64,000 bases of DNA from Eledone cirrhosa (GCA_964016885.1 OZ024764.1:2480001-2544000), one strand, 5' to 3'. Positions 24,328 through 36,724 are shown, counted from the first letter of the stretch. The notes: generated by a model from the sequence alone, not told the origin. Made by a program: numbers and translations.

Positions 24328-24670
24328 TGGAGGCACAAGGCTTAGTGGTTAGAGCATTGGCCTTGCAATCGAAAGGTTGTGAGTTCAATTCTCAGACCAG
24401 GTGATGTGTTGTTTCCTTGAGCAAGACACTTTATTTCACATTGCTCCAGTTTACTCAGCTGTAGAAATGAGATGATAGGGACTGGGGTCCCTATCATTCC
24501 ACTGTAAAGTGGTCGTGGAGGTGTCACGGCAAAAAAGCACCCAGCACTCACTGTAAATGAGGTTGGTGTTTGGAAGGGCATCCAGCTGTAGAAATCAAGC
24601 CAGAATCAGTTCCCGTCCCACCCTTGCAAGCAGGGAAAAGTGGACGTAAAATGATGATGATGATGATGAT
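24328..24670 (+). mobile_element. SINE family 1, full length
   Basis: tRNA head, CORE-like body, RTE-type tail with (ATG)n. Confidence 0.88.
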
Positions 24671-24735
24671 GTATGTGTGGGTGTCTGTGATCTATATAGA
24701 CTGGTCATAAACACATACAGATATACACACACATT

Positions 24736-24777
<42 letters not shown>

Positions 24778-24864
24778 ACACCACCAGCTCTCTCTCTCTT
24801 CCATTCTCCCTCTCTCTATGTCTCTCTTTCAATCTACTCTCTCACAACCACTATCTCTTCCTTC

Positions 24865-25225
24865 TTTTTTTCAAATACCACTTTGGAAGAAGAATCAGGA
24901 TGGAGAGAGAGGTGGTGTACCCCAGTAAGTTTTATGAAAGGTGGGTGAAAGTGGCGAGAATGGCCCGAGTGAATGGGCCTTCTCTCTATATTAGGTTGAG
25001 GAAAGAGAGGAAAGGAGTACAAACTCTTCGTACTCCTGGAGATGAGGGTTGCACATTTTTTGGGGGTATGTGTTACCCATATGAAATGTCTCCCCCTATT
25101 GGGGAAAATCGACTAACTTTTTAAATTGCATTTGTGATAACATTTTACACGTTTTTATTGTATGTAAACTTCCCCCTTTGTATTTGTCCCTTTCTTTTGT
25201 GCCCCTGTGGCTAATAAAGAAACAT
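24865..25225 (+). mobile_element. Probable L1/Tx1-like LINE 3' end fragment
   Basis: FFKYH..KKIRMEREV..KFYERWVKVARMARVNG resembles an ORF2 C-terminus; followed by a T-rich UTR and AATAAA. Confidence 0.4.
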
Positions 25226-26096
25226 ATCTATCCTGTTAGCAGATATAAAACTATGTGTGTCAGTTTAAAGTGTAATAGGTGTATTGTACTACTGTTCAAG
25301 CCTTCGTACAGACATCATAATAAAATCTTCTTCACCCACTTATTCCTGAGTGGTTTGTTGTGTCTACTGTTCAAGCCTTCGTACAGACATCATAAAATCT
25401 TCTTCACCCACTTATTCCTGAGTGGTTTGTTGTGTCAAAGTCCCCAAACACTCCTTCCAGTGGGTCCTGTTAGAAACAACCATCTCCATAGTAACATAAT
25501 TGTGTACTTGACACACTTTAGTGTTGGAGATCTATCCAATAAAAGGACCCGTACATGCTTTTCCGGCCCATTAGACACCACTTCGCATAAGACGCTCCCT
25601 CTTTTTTTATATGAGGATTTTTTCAACATGCTGACACGTGTCTGTGTGTGTGTACCTGTGTCTGTATGTGTGTGGATATCATCACCATCATCACCATCAC
25701 CTTGCTTTCTACAGCTGGATTCCCTTCCTAACACCAACCTCATTTACAGTGAGTGCTGGCTGCTTTTTTGCCGCGGCACCTCCACGACCACTTTGCAGTG
25801 GAATGATAGGGACCCCAGTCCCTATCATCTCATTTCTACAGCTGAGTAAACTGGAGCAATGTGAAATAAAGTGTCTTGCTCAAGGAAACAACACATCACC
25901 CGGTCTGAGAATTGAACTGTATATGTGTATATGCAAATAAAATATAGTTATTAACTCATATTGATACCCTGCAATTAACAAGCTCAAAGTATAAATACTG
26001 AGCATTATAATCGATAAAATAAAGTACCAGTAATGTACTGGGTAATTGCTGGCCTTGTGCCTAAAGTAGAAACAATTATAATCTACACATAATATT

Positions 26097-26327
26097 ATAA
26101 TTGTTTCTACTTTTGGCACAAGGCCAGCAATTATCCCAGTGCATTATTGGTACTTTATTTTATCGACCCCGTAAGGATGAAAGGCAAAGTCAACCTCGGC
26201 GGGATTTGATCTGAGTTCAAATCCCGCCGAGGTTGACTTTGCCTTTCATCCTTACGGGGTCGATAAAATAAAGTACCAGTAATGCACTGGGATAATTGCT
26301 GGCCTTGTGCCAAAAGTTGAAACAATT
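26097..26327. repeat. Hairpin formed by two head-to-head SINE family 2 halves
   Basis: About 110-bp near-perfect arms around a TCTGAGT loop at ~26210-26216. Confidence 0.85.
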
Positions 26328-26690
26328 ATTTATTCAAAGGGCGGTGGATTGGCAGTATTGGTGGAGGGTCGGACGCCATGCTTTCCAGTATAGTTACGTC
26401 CCTTTACGAGGTTGACTTTGCCTTTCATCTTTACGGGGTCGATAAAATAAAGTACCAGTAATGTACTGGGATAATTGCTGGCCTTGTGCCAAAAGTAGAA
26501 ACAATTATTTATTCAAAGTAATCTACCTTATTTTACTAAGGGGATTAAAAAAAAAAAAACGGACTCCTCTCCTTAATAATATTATGATATCCAATATTTG
26601 CCGGCCTATTGGACACCCCTTTTTATTATATTTTACGTTATATTTTGATGTTTTTTAGGCATTTTTATGGACCACGTCCAATATTTGTAA

Positions 26691-27093
26691 CCTCCACTCC
26701 ACACACCTCCATTACACCACACCATCACACACCACCACCACCACTCCACACCACACCGCCCACCACACATCACCGCCACCACACCACCACCATACCACAC
26801 CACCACCACCACACCACACCTTCACTCCACACACCACCACCACCACTACACACCACCACCACCACCACCACTACACACCACCACCACACACCACCACCAC
26901 CACACACCACACCTCCACACACCACCACCACCACTACACACCACCACCACCACCACCACCACTACACACCACCACCACCACCACTACACACCACCACACA
27001 CCACCACCACCACCACACACCACACCTCCACACACCACTACCACCACACACCACTACCACCACACCACCACACCACCACACATCACCACCACC
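26691..27093. repeat. CAC-rich tract, inverted partner of 28638-28945
   Basis: 26691-26751 is the exact reverse complement of 28885-28945 (61 bp); further collinear anchors follow. Confidence 0.85.
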
Positions 27094-27202
27094 AACTGTG
27101 TGTCCAACTTACTAAAACTGTTTGATTTGACCTTAATTCTTATGTAAAACTTGCTTTTTTTTTCCTTTGCAGTAGAACCCGAGTCTCCACAGGCCATGAA
27201 AG

Positions 27203-28594
27203 ATGTTCTTACGACCCCCACACTTGTTACGCTCCACCCTCTGTTGGATACCCAAGTACACAACAACAACAACACTACAACAACTGGTCAGAGGGATTTC
27301 AACTAACCAGGAAGTATCTTTGACGGTGTGTCCAGAAAACGCATTGGTCGATGAACGACTGACCCTCTGTGTCGATGGTTTGAAGCCCAAAGAAAATGTG
27401 ACACTTTGTGCCACTCTGGAGCAGCACTCAAAGAAACGACAAACCATATTTGAGTCATTGGGTCATTTCAGGGCTTCACCCGATGGACGGATCAATCTGG
27501 CCACTGACCCTTGTTTATCAGGGACCTATACGGGTATCGACGCCATGGGGCTATTTTGGAGTATGAGACAGGTTGTCGGAAAATATGGGAGAGTTATTAC
27601 AAAAGATGCCACACAACCCTTGGATTGCACTGTAACGGTTTTCCAGGGTCATATATCCTCAGACCCGCAACATTCGCCATCTACAGCCGACTCTCCACAG
27701 CAGCCCTTGGTAACCAAACTGGTGAGACGTTGGTTTATGAAACCGGGGGTTGCTGGGGTACGGAGGATCCCAATCAACGACGGAAGACTGCGGGGTAGTT
27801 TGTTCATACCAGGTGGCAAGCCTCAACAACATCAACAATATCCCGCTGTGATAGACCTATTTGGCAGTGCTGGAGCCCTGATAGAGTCCCGAGGGGCTTT
27901 GTTGGCCTCCCATGGATTTGTTACCCTGAGTTTGGCCTATTTCTGTTACAAGGACTTACCCCTAGTCATAACAGATGTTGATTTTGAGTACTTCGAAGAA
28001 GCTGTCAAGTGGTTAGCTAACCACCCGCAAGTTTCTAGTGTGAATGGTATAGGTGTGTTAGGGACATCGTTAGGAGGTGTAATAGCTCTTTACATGGCCA
28101 AACAATGCCCTCAGGTAAGCGCAGTCATCAATATAAATGGTTTACCTGTGTTTTTTGTTTTACCAATCCGTCACAACGGCAAACCCATTCCGTACTGCTG
28201 CACGACGGAGTCTGGTAATATCACAGTACACGATGACGGGAGTATAGTGGCATTTTGGAAGCTGGACGAGTCAAAACAGTTTCTCTTGGACGAGACAAAC
28301 CGCTGTAAAATTCTTACTTTGATAAGCAGCGATGACCAAGTGCTCTACACCAGTGACTTCTACCTCTGGCTCGACAAGTTACCCCCATCCAAAAGACAAG
28401 ACATTCAGTACCTGGAATATGAGGGCGCTGGCCATCTACTTGAACCCCCCTACACCCCTCTCTTCCACTGTGTCCACTCTGCAATGTTTGGAGGCCCTAC
28501 CGTGTTTGGCGGCAAACCTCGACAACATGCTCTGGCCCAAGAAATGTCCTGGGCAAAGATAATTGAATTTTTCACTGAACAACTATTGAAATAG
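27203..28594 (+). CDS. Acyl-CoA thioesterase / bile acid-CoA:amino acid N-acyltransferase family protein (type I ACOT/BAAT), 463 aa, uninterrupted CDS
   Basis: GTYTGIDAMGLFWSM, GRLRGSLFIP, PAVIDLFG, GALLASHGFVTLSLAYF; catalytic Ser in GTSLG, Asp in SSDDQ, His in YEGAGHLLEPPY. In-frame TGA just upstream of the ATG; acceptor TTTGCAG at 27172. Confidence 0.95.
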   Translation: MFLRPPHLLRSTLCWIPKYTTTTTLQQLVRGISTNQEVSLTVCPENALVDERLTLCVDGLKPKENVTLCATLEQHSKKRQTIFESLGHFRASPDGRINLATDPCLSGTYTGIDAMGLFWSMRQVVGKYGRVITKDATQPLDCTVTVFQGHISSDPQHSPSTADSPQQPLVTKLVRRWFMKPGVAGVRRIPINDGRLRGSLFIPGGKPQQHQQYPAVIDLFGSAGALIESRGALLASHGFVTLSLAYFCYKDLPLVITDVDFEYFEEAVKWLANHPQVSSVNGIGVLGTSLGGVIALYMAKQCPQVSAVININGLPVFFVLPIRHNGKPIPYCCTTESGNITVHDDGSIVAFWKLDESKQFLLDETNRCKILTLISSDDQVLYTSDFYLWLDKLPPSKRQDIQYLEYEGAGHLLEPPYTPLFHCVHSAMFGGPTVFGGKPRQHALAQEMSWAKIIEFFTEQLLK

Positions 28595-28637
28595 AAACTA
28601 TCACCTCGTTCTGATGCCTGTGTCAAATGATAGTATC

Positions 28638-29187
28638 TGTGGTGGTGGTGGTGTAGTGATGGTGTGGTGTAGTGGTGTGTGGTGGTGGTGTGTGGTGGTA
28701 GTGGTGTGTGGAGGTGTGGTGGTGGTGGTGTGTAGTGGTGGTGGTGGTGTGTAGTGGTGGTGGTGGTGGTGTGTAGTGGTGGTGGAGGTGGTGTGTGGTG
28801 ATGGTGGTGGTGGTGTGTGGTGTAGTCATGGTGTGTGGAGTGAAGGTGTGGTGTGGTGGCGGTGGTGGGTGGAGTGGTGGTGCTGTGTGGAGTGGTGGTG
28901 GTGGTGTGTGATGGTGTGGTGTAATGGAGGTGTGTGGAGTGGAGGTGGTGTGTGGTGGTGGTGTGGTAGTGGTGTGTGGTGGTGGTGGTTGTGTAGTGGA
29001 GGTGTGGAGTGGTTGTGGTGGTTGTGTAGTGGAGGTGTGGAGTGGTTGTGGTGGTGGTGTAATGGAAGTGTGTGATGGTGGTGGTGGTGTGTGGTGTAGT
29101 GGTGGTGTGTGGTGGGAGTGGTGATGGTGATGGTGTGGAGGTAGTGGTGGTGTAGTTGTGTGGTGTGTGATGGTGGTGGTGGTGGTG
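28638..29187. repeat. GTG-rich tract just downstream of the thioesterase stop codon
   Basis: Direct reading; the first ~310 bp are an inverted homologue of 26691-27093. Confidence 0.9.
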
Positions 29188-29479
29188 ATAAAAAAAATGA
29201 TACTGTTTGTGATGATGATGATGATGGTTATGTTTGATGAAATGTCATGATAGTGATGATGATGACAAAATATATGATAGTCAGTGTTCAAGTTTGCTGG
29301 CAGCATTGTCGTATATATGTATCTCTTGGTTAAGAGAGTGGGTAAGAGAGTGGGACTGGCTTTGTGCAGTACTTTTCTCACTATAAAAGCTTCACGGCAC
29401 AGGCATTGCTTTATATCTGGAGATCTCTCTGCACTTGTCGTCACATGGTACCATGGGCCCAGCACTATGTGTCAATAAT

Positions 29480-29625
29480 TGTCACAAGTGTAGTGTTTGT
29501 ACCAGAGTTTTCAAGTTGCTGGCTGGATTAAAAAGTCACACTCGTTCAGCGCATCGGTAGGGGTTCTCCTACATGGATATAAAGTAGTGGCCGTACTTGA
29601 AAACGAGTTGGCAGCCACTATACTA
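29480..29625 (+). mobile_element. Probable RTE/BovB-type LINE 3' end with a C2H2-like motif
   Basis: HKCSVCTRVFKLLAGLKSHTRSAHR* (29483-29560), then a short UTR ending in CTATACTATA. Confidence 0.45.
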
Positions 29626-29974
29626 TATATATATATATGTATGGTCATTTTTGTAAGCCTCTACAATGCAGATGGGTAAATCTCTGAGTAAGAAAAGCAG
29701 GGGGGAGTAGGAAGAGACATGTAAAATGAAATGAAAACAAGAGATGAAGTTACCTTGGAATAGATTTATCGGTCCCTATATTTCGGACTTCACATCCATT
29801 GTCAGAGGATTCCAAAGGAAAACTGGAGATTTGTCGCAAAAGAATGAATGTGGCCATTTGTTGCTATATATTTATATATCTTTTCTCTAGCCAGGTGGTG
29901 CTATTAAGTTAGACATGGCCTGGGGCCAATACTGGCCAAAACCTATGAGAGTTATATATATTATTTATTCTTCA

Positions 29975-30165
29975 GGGCAGTGGATTGGAAGTATAGGTAG
30001 AGGGTCGAACGCCATGCTTTGCAGCATAGTTACGGCCCTTTACGGTCTGAGTTCAAATCCTGCCGAGGTTAACTTTGCCTTTCATCTTTACGGGGTCAAT
30101 AAAATAAAGTACCAGTAATGTACTGGGGGTACTTGCTGGCCTTGTGCCAAAAGTAGAAAGAATTT
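29975..30165 (+). mobile_element. SINE family 2, full length
   Basis: GGGCAGTGGATTGG head, B-box GAGTTCAAATCC, CCTTTCATC..GGGTCAATAAAATAAAGTACCAG body. Confidence 0.82.
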
Positions 30166-30321
30166 ATTCATTCTTCATCATTAACATTGATATAAAAAAA
30201 TAATAATTATTAGATGGCTAATTCTCCTGGTAATGAGGTGGCAGTGAGACGGGGGAGGGATAGGGAAAAGAATTATGAAATGAAAAGCAGAGATGAAGTT
30301 ACCTTGGAATAGATTTATCGG

Positions 30322-30358
30322 TCCCTATATTTCGGACTTCACATCCATCGTCAGGGAT
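30322..30358 (-). ncRNA. Minimal hammerhead ribozyme-like motif within an ~85-bp direct repeat
   Basis: Minus strand TCC-CTGACGA-TGGATGTGAAGTCC-GAAA-TA-TA^GGG; the second copy at ~29772-29808 has a mutated core, CTGACAA. Confidence 0.6.
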
Positions 30359-30475
30359 TTCGGAGATTGTCGGAGAGAGGCATCTACATGGCCATGTGTT
30401 GCAGATACAGAGCTTGGCTAGATGTGGTTCAGCTGAACACATTGCTGTCCTTTCTTATTAAACTCTGCCATGTTC

Positions 30476-30915
30476 AATGCTGTGCAGGGGTGTTCCAACA
30501 GGGGGCATATCAGGAGGTGCTGTGGAGGGGTGTTCCAGCAGGGGGCATATCAGGAGGTGCTGTGGAGGGGTGTTCCAGCAGGGGGCATATCAGGAGGTGC
30601 TGTGCAGGGGTGTTCCAGCAGGGGGCATATCAGGAGGTGCTGTGGAAGGGTGTTCCAGCAGGGGGCATATCAGGAGGTGCTGTGGAGGAGTGTTCCAGCA
30701 GGGGTCATATCTGGAGGTGCTGTGCAGGGGTGTTCCAGCAGGGGGCATATCAGGAGGTGCTGTGTAGTCTGTGGTTCGATGCTGCAGTCACACACAATGT
30801 CCCCATCCTTTAAATATCCCCATTTTGCAAGATTGACTTTTGTACGTCCAACACCAGACCTTAATCTGTTGAGGTATTTCCACACTACATAGTTTGTATC
30901 TGCTTTCACTCTTAA
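30476..30915 (-). mobile_element. Non-LTR retrotransposon C-terminal CCHC fragment with its own 40-bp segment amplified about 7 times
   Basis: WKYLNRLRSGVGRTKVNLAKWGY..CDC..QTTQHLLICPLL; the 40-bp unit encodes QHLLICPLLEHPC. Confidence 0.7.
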
Positions 30916-31621
30916 TGGGATCTTCTGAAACTCACCAATTCTTTGGTTAAACTTTAATCTGTATATATATATATATATATGGGTGATGTGTTAGTGTAAT
31001 GGTAGCACAGTGGTCAATGTACGTCAATACTCATCTTTTTCCATTTTTATCTGAGGGTTCTAAACCCCATTATCAGGCTAAAATTTCTTTAGTCAAAAAT
31101 ACAGTGAAAGCTATATATTTTCTAACTTACTTGATATATATATATCTGATGATTTCTAATGAATGAAACAGTTCTAGTCCTGTAGAATCTCATCTATATT
31201 AAAACTGTTATACTCTGCTATGTATTGAGTACCTTACTTACTGTGGTTACCTCCGATTCAACCCGGAATAACGTATATATATATATATATATATATTATT
31301 CAAAATGTTAACAAATGAAAAATATTCACATAATTAAAATATATACGTTATTATATATCTGTTTTTTTCAGTACGTCCTCATCAGACAAAATATATGATT
31401 TGATATATGACATACCGCGACGGTCTTGATTATTCAATTCCTTCGTTGAGTAATCAACGAACAATATTAATCTTTGGTTATATATATATATATATATGCA
31501 CAGATACATTATATACTTTGGCTGTGAAGCGCACAACTTAATGTTTATGATGATGTTTATGTTTAAATATGTTGAGAATAAAAATATGATTTTTATAGTT
31601 TATAATATTTATGATGATGAT

Positions 31622-32678
31622 AAGTTGGAAAGAGGACAAGACTCTGATTTCATGAAGGAAATGGCCATGTTCGATATGTAGGAAAGGAGTTGGCATAAAC
31701 TCCATAGAATGTACACAATGCAGATCTTGGGCACACAGGACTGGCTGTCCATGGGAACTTCTCTATGCTGATGATCTGGTACTTATAGCAGAATCAGTAG
31801 AGGAGCTAGAGAATACATTCTGGCTATGGAAACAGCAGTTGGAATCAAGAGGACTGAGAGTGAACCTAGCTAAGACAAAAGTGTTGATAAGTAGAAGAGA
31901 GGACAAAACTCTGATTCCGTCAGGGAAATGGCCATGTTCGATATGCAGAAAAGGAACTGGCATAAACTCTATAGAATGTACACAATGCAGGTCCTGGGTA
32001 CACAAGAGATGTAGCGGGATAGCAGGCAAATTAACAGGTAGGGAAAACTTCATATGCAGTAGATGTACAGGGAAATTTTACAGTAGAAGTCGCATTGATA
32101 GACACATTTTTCAAATGCAGGTAAGATCTATAGAGGTGGTTGATAGCTTCCAGTACCTAGGTGATCAGATTAGTAAAGGTGGAGGGTGCTCCGAGGCCAT
32201 AGTATCTAGAATAAGGACAGGATGGAAGAAGTTTAGGGAGCTGCTTCTTCTGTTGACAACGAAGGTTAGTTGTATGATGCTGCATGGTAGTGAGACATGG
32301 GCAGCAACTGTGGAAGATATGCAACAGCTGGAGAGAAATTAGGCAAGCATGCTCCAAAGGATGTGCATGAACGACCAAGCATAGACGAGTTTAGAGAGAA
32401 ACTGTGTATAAGAGGGATAAGTTGTGGTGTACAGTAGAGAAGATTGATGGTATGGACATGTGATGCTGAGTAAAGAAGTGCCAAGAAATCCCAGTGGAAG
32501 GAAGACGCAGTAGAGGAACGCCACGAAAAAGATGGGCGGAGGTGGTAAGAGCAGACCTCAGATCGCTGGAGTTCATGGGGGAGATGGCAAAGGACTGTGG
32601 CAAGTGGAGAGATGCTGTGCTGAATAGGCCCTGTCCCACCCTTGCAAGCAGGGAAAAGCGGATGTAAAATGATGATGA
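31622..32678 (+). mobile_element. Degenerate RTE-clade LINE, second subfamily
   Basis: CPWELLYADDLVL, GLRVNLAKTKV, FQYLGD, MLHGSETW, with stops and frameshifts; the 3' end CCCACCCTTGCAAGCAGGGAAAAGCGGATGTAAAATGATG is shared with SINE family 1. Confidence 0.88.
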
Positions 32679-33769
32679 GAATAGTGTTGCCTTTGAAATT
32701 TTTCTATTGTTTTTTTTTTGCTCACCCCAAGCAAGGCAATACAGCCACTAAAATACAGTGGTTTTTGAGAAAGAAGAAGGCTTAGATAGAGGGAATATAA
32801 TTATAGATTTATGTATATATATCATCATTTAACATCCATTTTCCATGCTAGCATGGGTTAGATAAACGGTCCTATTGTGAGACAAGCCAGGTTAGAGGAC
32901 CATGTCTTGCTCACACAGAACTGATTTGGGCTTGGTTTCTATAGCTGGATGCCCTTCCTAAAACCAACCACTTTACAGTGTGGACTGGGTGCTTTTTGTC
33001 GTGACACCTACATGACCACTTTACAGTGTGGACTGGGTACTTTTTGTCATGTTACCTACATAACCACTTTACAGTGTGGACTGGGTGCTTTTTGTTGTGA
33101 CCCCCTACATAACCACTTTACAGTGTTGATGATGGTAAGTTATTTTAAGGCAACAGAGTAACAACCCAGAGATTTAAAAAACAATGTAATAAAAAACATT
33201 TTTTTAAGTGTTAATGATAAATAACAAATTATGTTTTAAAAATATTTTAAAATATATCAAATATATTATACAAAGTTGTTGAGTTGAATATAAAGACAGG
33301 GATTGACTGGTGGTTTTAAGGGCCAAGGAGGTGATAGGGTTGTTAGGGATTAGTCTACAGACAGGTGGTTTTAAGGGCCAGGGAGATGATAAAGATCTTA
33401 CGGATTAGTCTACTGACAAGTGGTTTTAAGGGCATCAAAGATGATAGGGTGCTTTGATGTTGCTTACATATATGTACATTAGTATATACACGCACACACA
33501 CATATATATGTGTGTGTATATAGATAAATAAATGTATATACACACATGCATTATAAATAAAGGGATAGGTCTATAGACATTGGTCTTTTAAAGCAGCAGT
33601 CACCAACCAGAGGCCCGCAAGAAAATATTAACGTATTTATGTTTTTTTAAAAATTGATATTAGTGGTCAGTGGGATTAAGTGGTCGGTGAGGTCCGAAAG
33701 GTTGGTGACCGCTGGGTGACAAGACGAGGGGGTAATAGGGTGATTTGTTCACAAATCTTGATGTTATAC

Positions 33770-34008
33770 ATATTTTATATACATATATACACATACATAG
33801 ACACATATATAATGTGTGTGTATATAGATAAATGTTTATATATATACACACACACGTGTGTATATATATATATGTGTAAATGTTTATATATACACACGTG
33901 TGTATATATATATATACATGAATATATATATACATACACACAAAATATGTATGTATAGATAGATAGATAAATGTAAATACATATATAAATGTGTATATAT
34001 ATATATAA

Positions 34009-34072
<64 letters not shown>

Positions 34073-34500
34073 ATATATATATATACACATATATATATAT
34101 ATATACACATATATATATATATATACACATATATATATATATATACACATATATATATATATATACACATATATATATATATATACACATATATATATAT
34201 ATACACATATATATATATACACATATATATATATATATACACATGTATTACACATGTATATACACATATTACACATGTATATACACATATTTATATATGT
34301 ATATACAAATGTGTGTATATGTATATATATATATACACACGTATATATTTATTTATATATATATATACAAATGTGTGTATATATATATATATATATACAA
34401 ATGTGTGTGTGTGTATATAAATATATATATATATATACATACACACACATTTTTGTATATATATATATATATATATATATACAAATTGCGTGTGTGTATA
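33770..34500. repeat. (TA)n/(CA)n compound microsatellite
   Basis: Direct reading. Confidence 0.95.
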
Positions 34501-34697
34501 TGTTTAATATAGAAATGGCTTCTACAGGACTAGAACTGTTTCACTTGAAAAAAATCATCAGGAAAGCCGACTGTCAATGTGTTATGGTGGTATTTATATA
34601 TTTTCTGGTGACAGGGATGGGTGGAGGTTATTAGTTAATGGGTTTAAAGAATAGGGACTCTTTGAAAAACTGTATTTAGAGAAACATACAGATACAG

Positions 34698-34890
34698 ATA
34701 ATTGTTCCTACTTTTGACACAAGGCCAGTAATTACCCCAGTGCATTACTGGTACTTTATTTTATCGACCCCGTAAGGATGAAAGGCAAAGTTAACCTCGG
34801 CGGAATTTGAACACAGAATGGCAAGGGCCGTAACTCTATGCTAGAAAGCATGGCGTCTGACCCTCTACCGATACTGCCAATCCACCACCC
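34698..34890 (-). mobile_element. SINE family 2 (another copy at ~35143-35350)
   Basis: Reverse complement of the 29975 copy. Confidence 0.8.
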
Positions 34891-35524
34891 TTGATAATAA
34901 TAATAATGTTTTTTTTATTAATCACAAGGGTGGACACAAAGTATAAGATTAAGGACAGCAGAGGACAATATAGAGCAACACAGGACAATATAGAGAATGT
35001 AGGTCAATATAGGACAACACAGGTCAATATAGGACAACACAGGTCAATACAGGACAATATAGGTCAATACAGGACTTACAGGCCGTAACTCTATGCGTCA
35101 AAGCATGGCTTCCGACCCTCTACCGCTTCTGCCAAGATACAGATAATTGTTTCTACTTTAGGCACAAGGCCAGCAATTACCCCAGTGCATTACTGGTATT
35201 TTATTTTATCGCCCCCGTAAGGATGAAAGGCAAAGTCAACCTCGGCGGGATTTGAACTCAGATCGTAAAGGGAGGTAACTATGCTGGAAAGCATGGCGTC
35301 CGACCCTAGTTACGTCCCTTAACGATCTGAGTTCAAATCCCGCCGAGATACAGATAATGATACAAATTCAGGGACTCCTAATATTCAAGGTTCAATTATT
35401 CTAAGTAAACAAATAATTTTCATTAAGGGGTTGTCTGGTTCATAAAGTGAAGTCTCCAAACGGTAAGCTGTGTACAATCACATCTGACCACTTTACACAT
35501 TAATTTCATTATTATTATTGTTAT

Positions 35525-36260
35525 TACATATATATATATATGTACACACACACACGCACATATATATATGTACACACACACATATATATATATCTATACA
35601 TTTATAAAGATATATATATATATACATTTATATATATATATATATACATTTATCTATATAAATATACATTTATTTATATATATATACATTTATTTATATA
35701 TATATATGTATATATACATTTATAAAGATATATATATATATATATATATATACATTTATATATATATATATATATATATACATTTATTTATATATATATA
35801 TGTATATATACATTTATTTATATATATATATGTATATATACATTTATAAAGATATATATATATATATATACATTTATATATATATATATATATATATACA
35901 TTTATATATATATACACATACATACATTTATATATATATATATACGTATACATACATTTATATATATATACGCATACATACATTTATATATATATATATA
36001 CACATACATACATTTATATATATTTGTTATATTATTATTATTAATATATTTATATATATATATATTATTATTATTATTAATACTGTTATATATATATATA
36101 TATATATACATTTATATACACATACATACATTTGAGCTTAATTGCAGGGTATCAATATGAGTTAATAACTCTACATTTTATTTGTATATATATACATTTT
36201 TATATATATATACATTTTTATATATATATATATACTTTTATATATATATATATATAAAAA
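35525..36260. repeat. (TA)n-rich microsatellite tract
   Basis: Direct reading. Confidence 0.95.
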
Positions 36261-36476
36261 AGAACGATCGACTTTCGTCAAATCGGACCGAGGGAACAAT
36301 GTTTCCGTTGGTCTTTCCAATTGCTAATACTATCTATCGGTCGCAACTCCAGGTAGAAGGAGCAACGTGAAATAAAGTGTCTTGCTCAAGGACATAACGC
36401 ATCGACTGGTCCAGGAATCGAACTCACAACCTTACGTTTGCGAATCCAATTCTCTAAACACTCAGCCACACGCCTT

Positions 36477-36515
<39 letters not shown>

Positions 36516-36724
36516 TTCTATATACATATATATACATTTATATACAAATATATATATATATACATACACACATTTCTATATATAGCATTAAAAAGACCTG
36601 ATGCCATATGCAGTTGTATATAGATTTATAAATATCTCCATGACACATATTTTTCTGGGGGCCATAGCCAGATAGTTCTCATCCTACAAATTCTGATAGC
36701 CTGGGCTTGTCAGATTAAGCTACT

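Noticed and set aside
24328-24400. tRNA genes at SINE heads (also 8247, 59541)
   Set aside because: A and B boxes are present but no acceptor stem or cloverleaf is evident; the sequence continues into the SINE body.
33660-36135. YI/CV-rich ORFs (also at 50.4-52.0 kb and 61.1-61.4 kb)
   Set aside because: Dinucleotide microsatellite artefacts.
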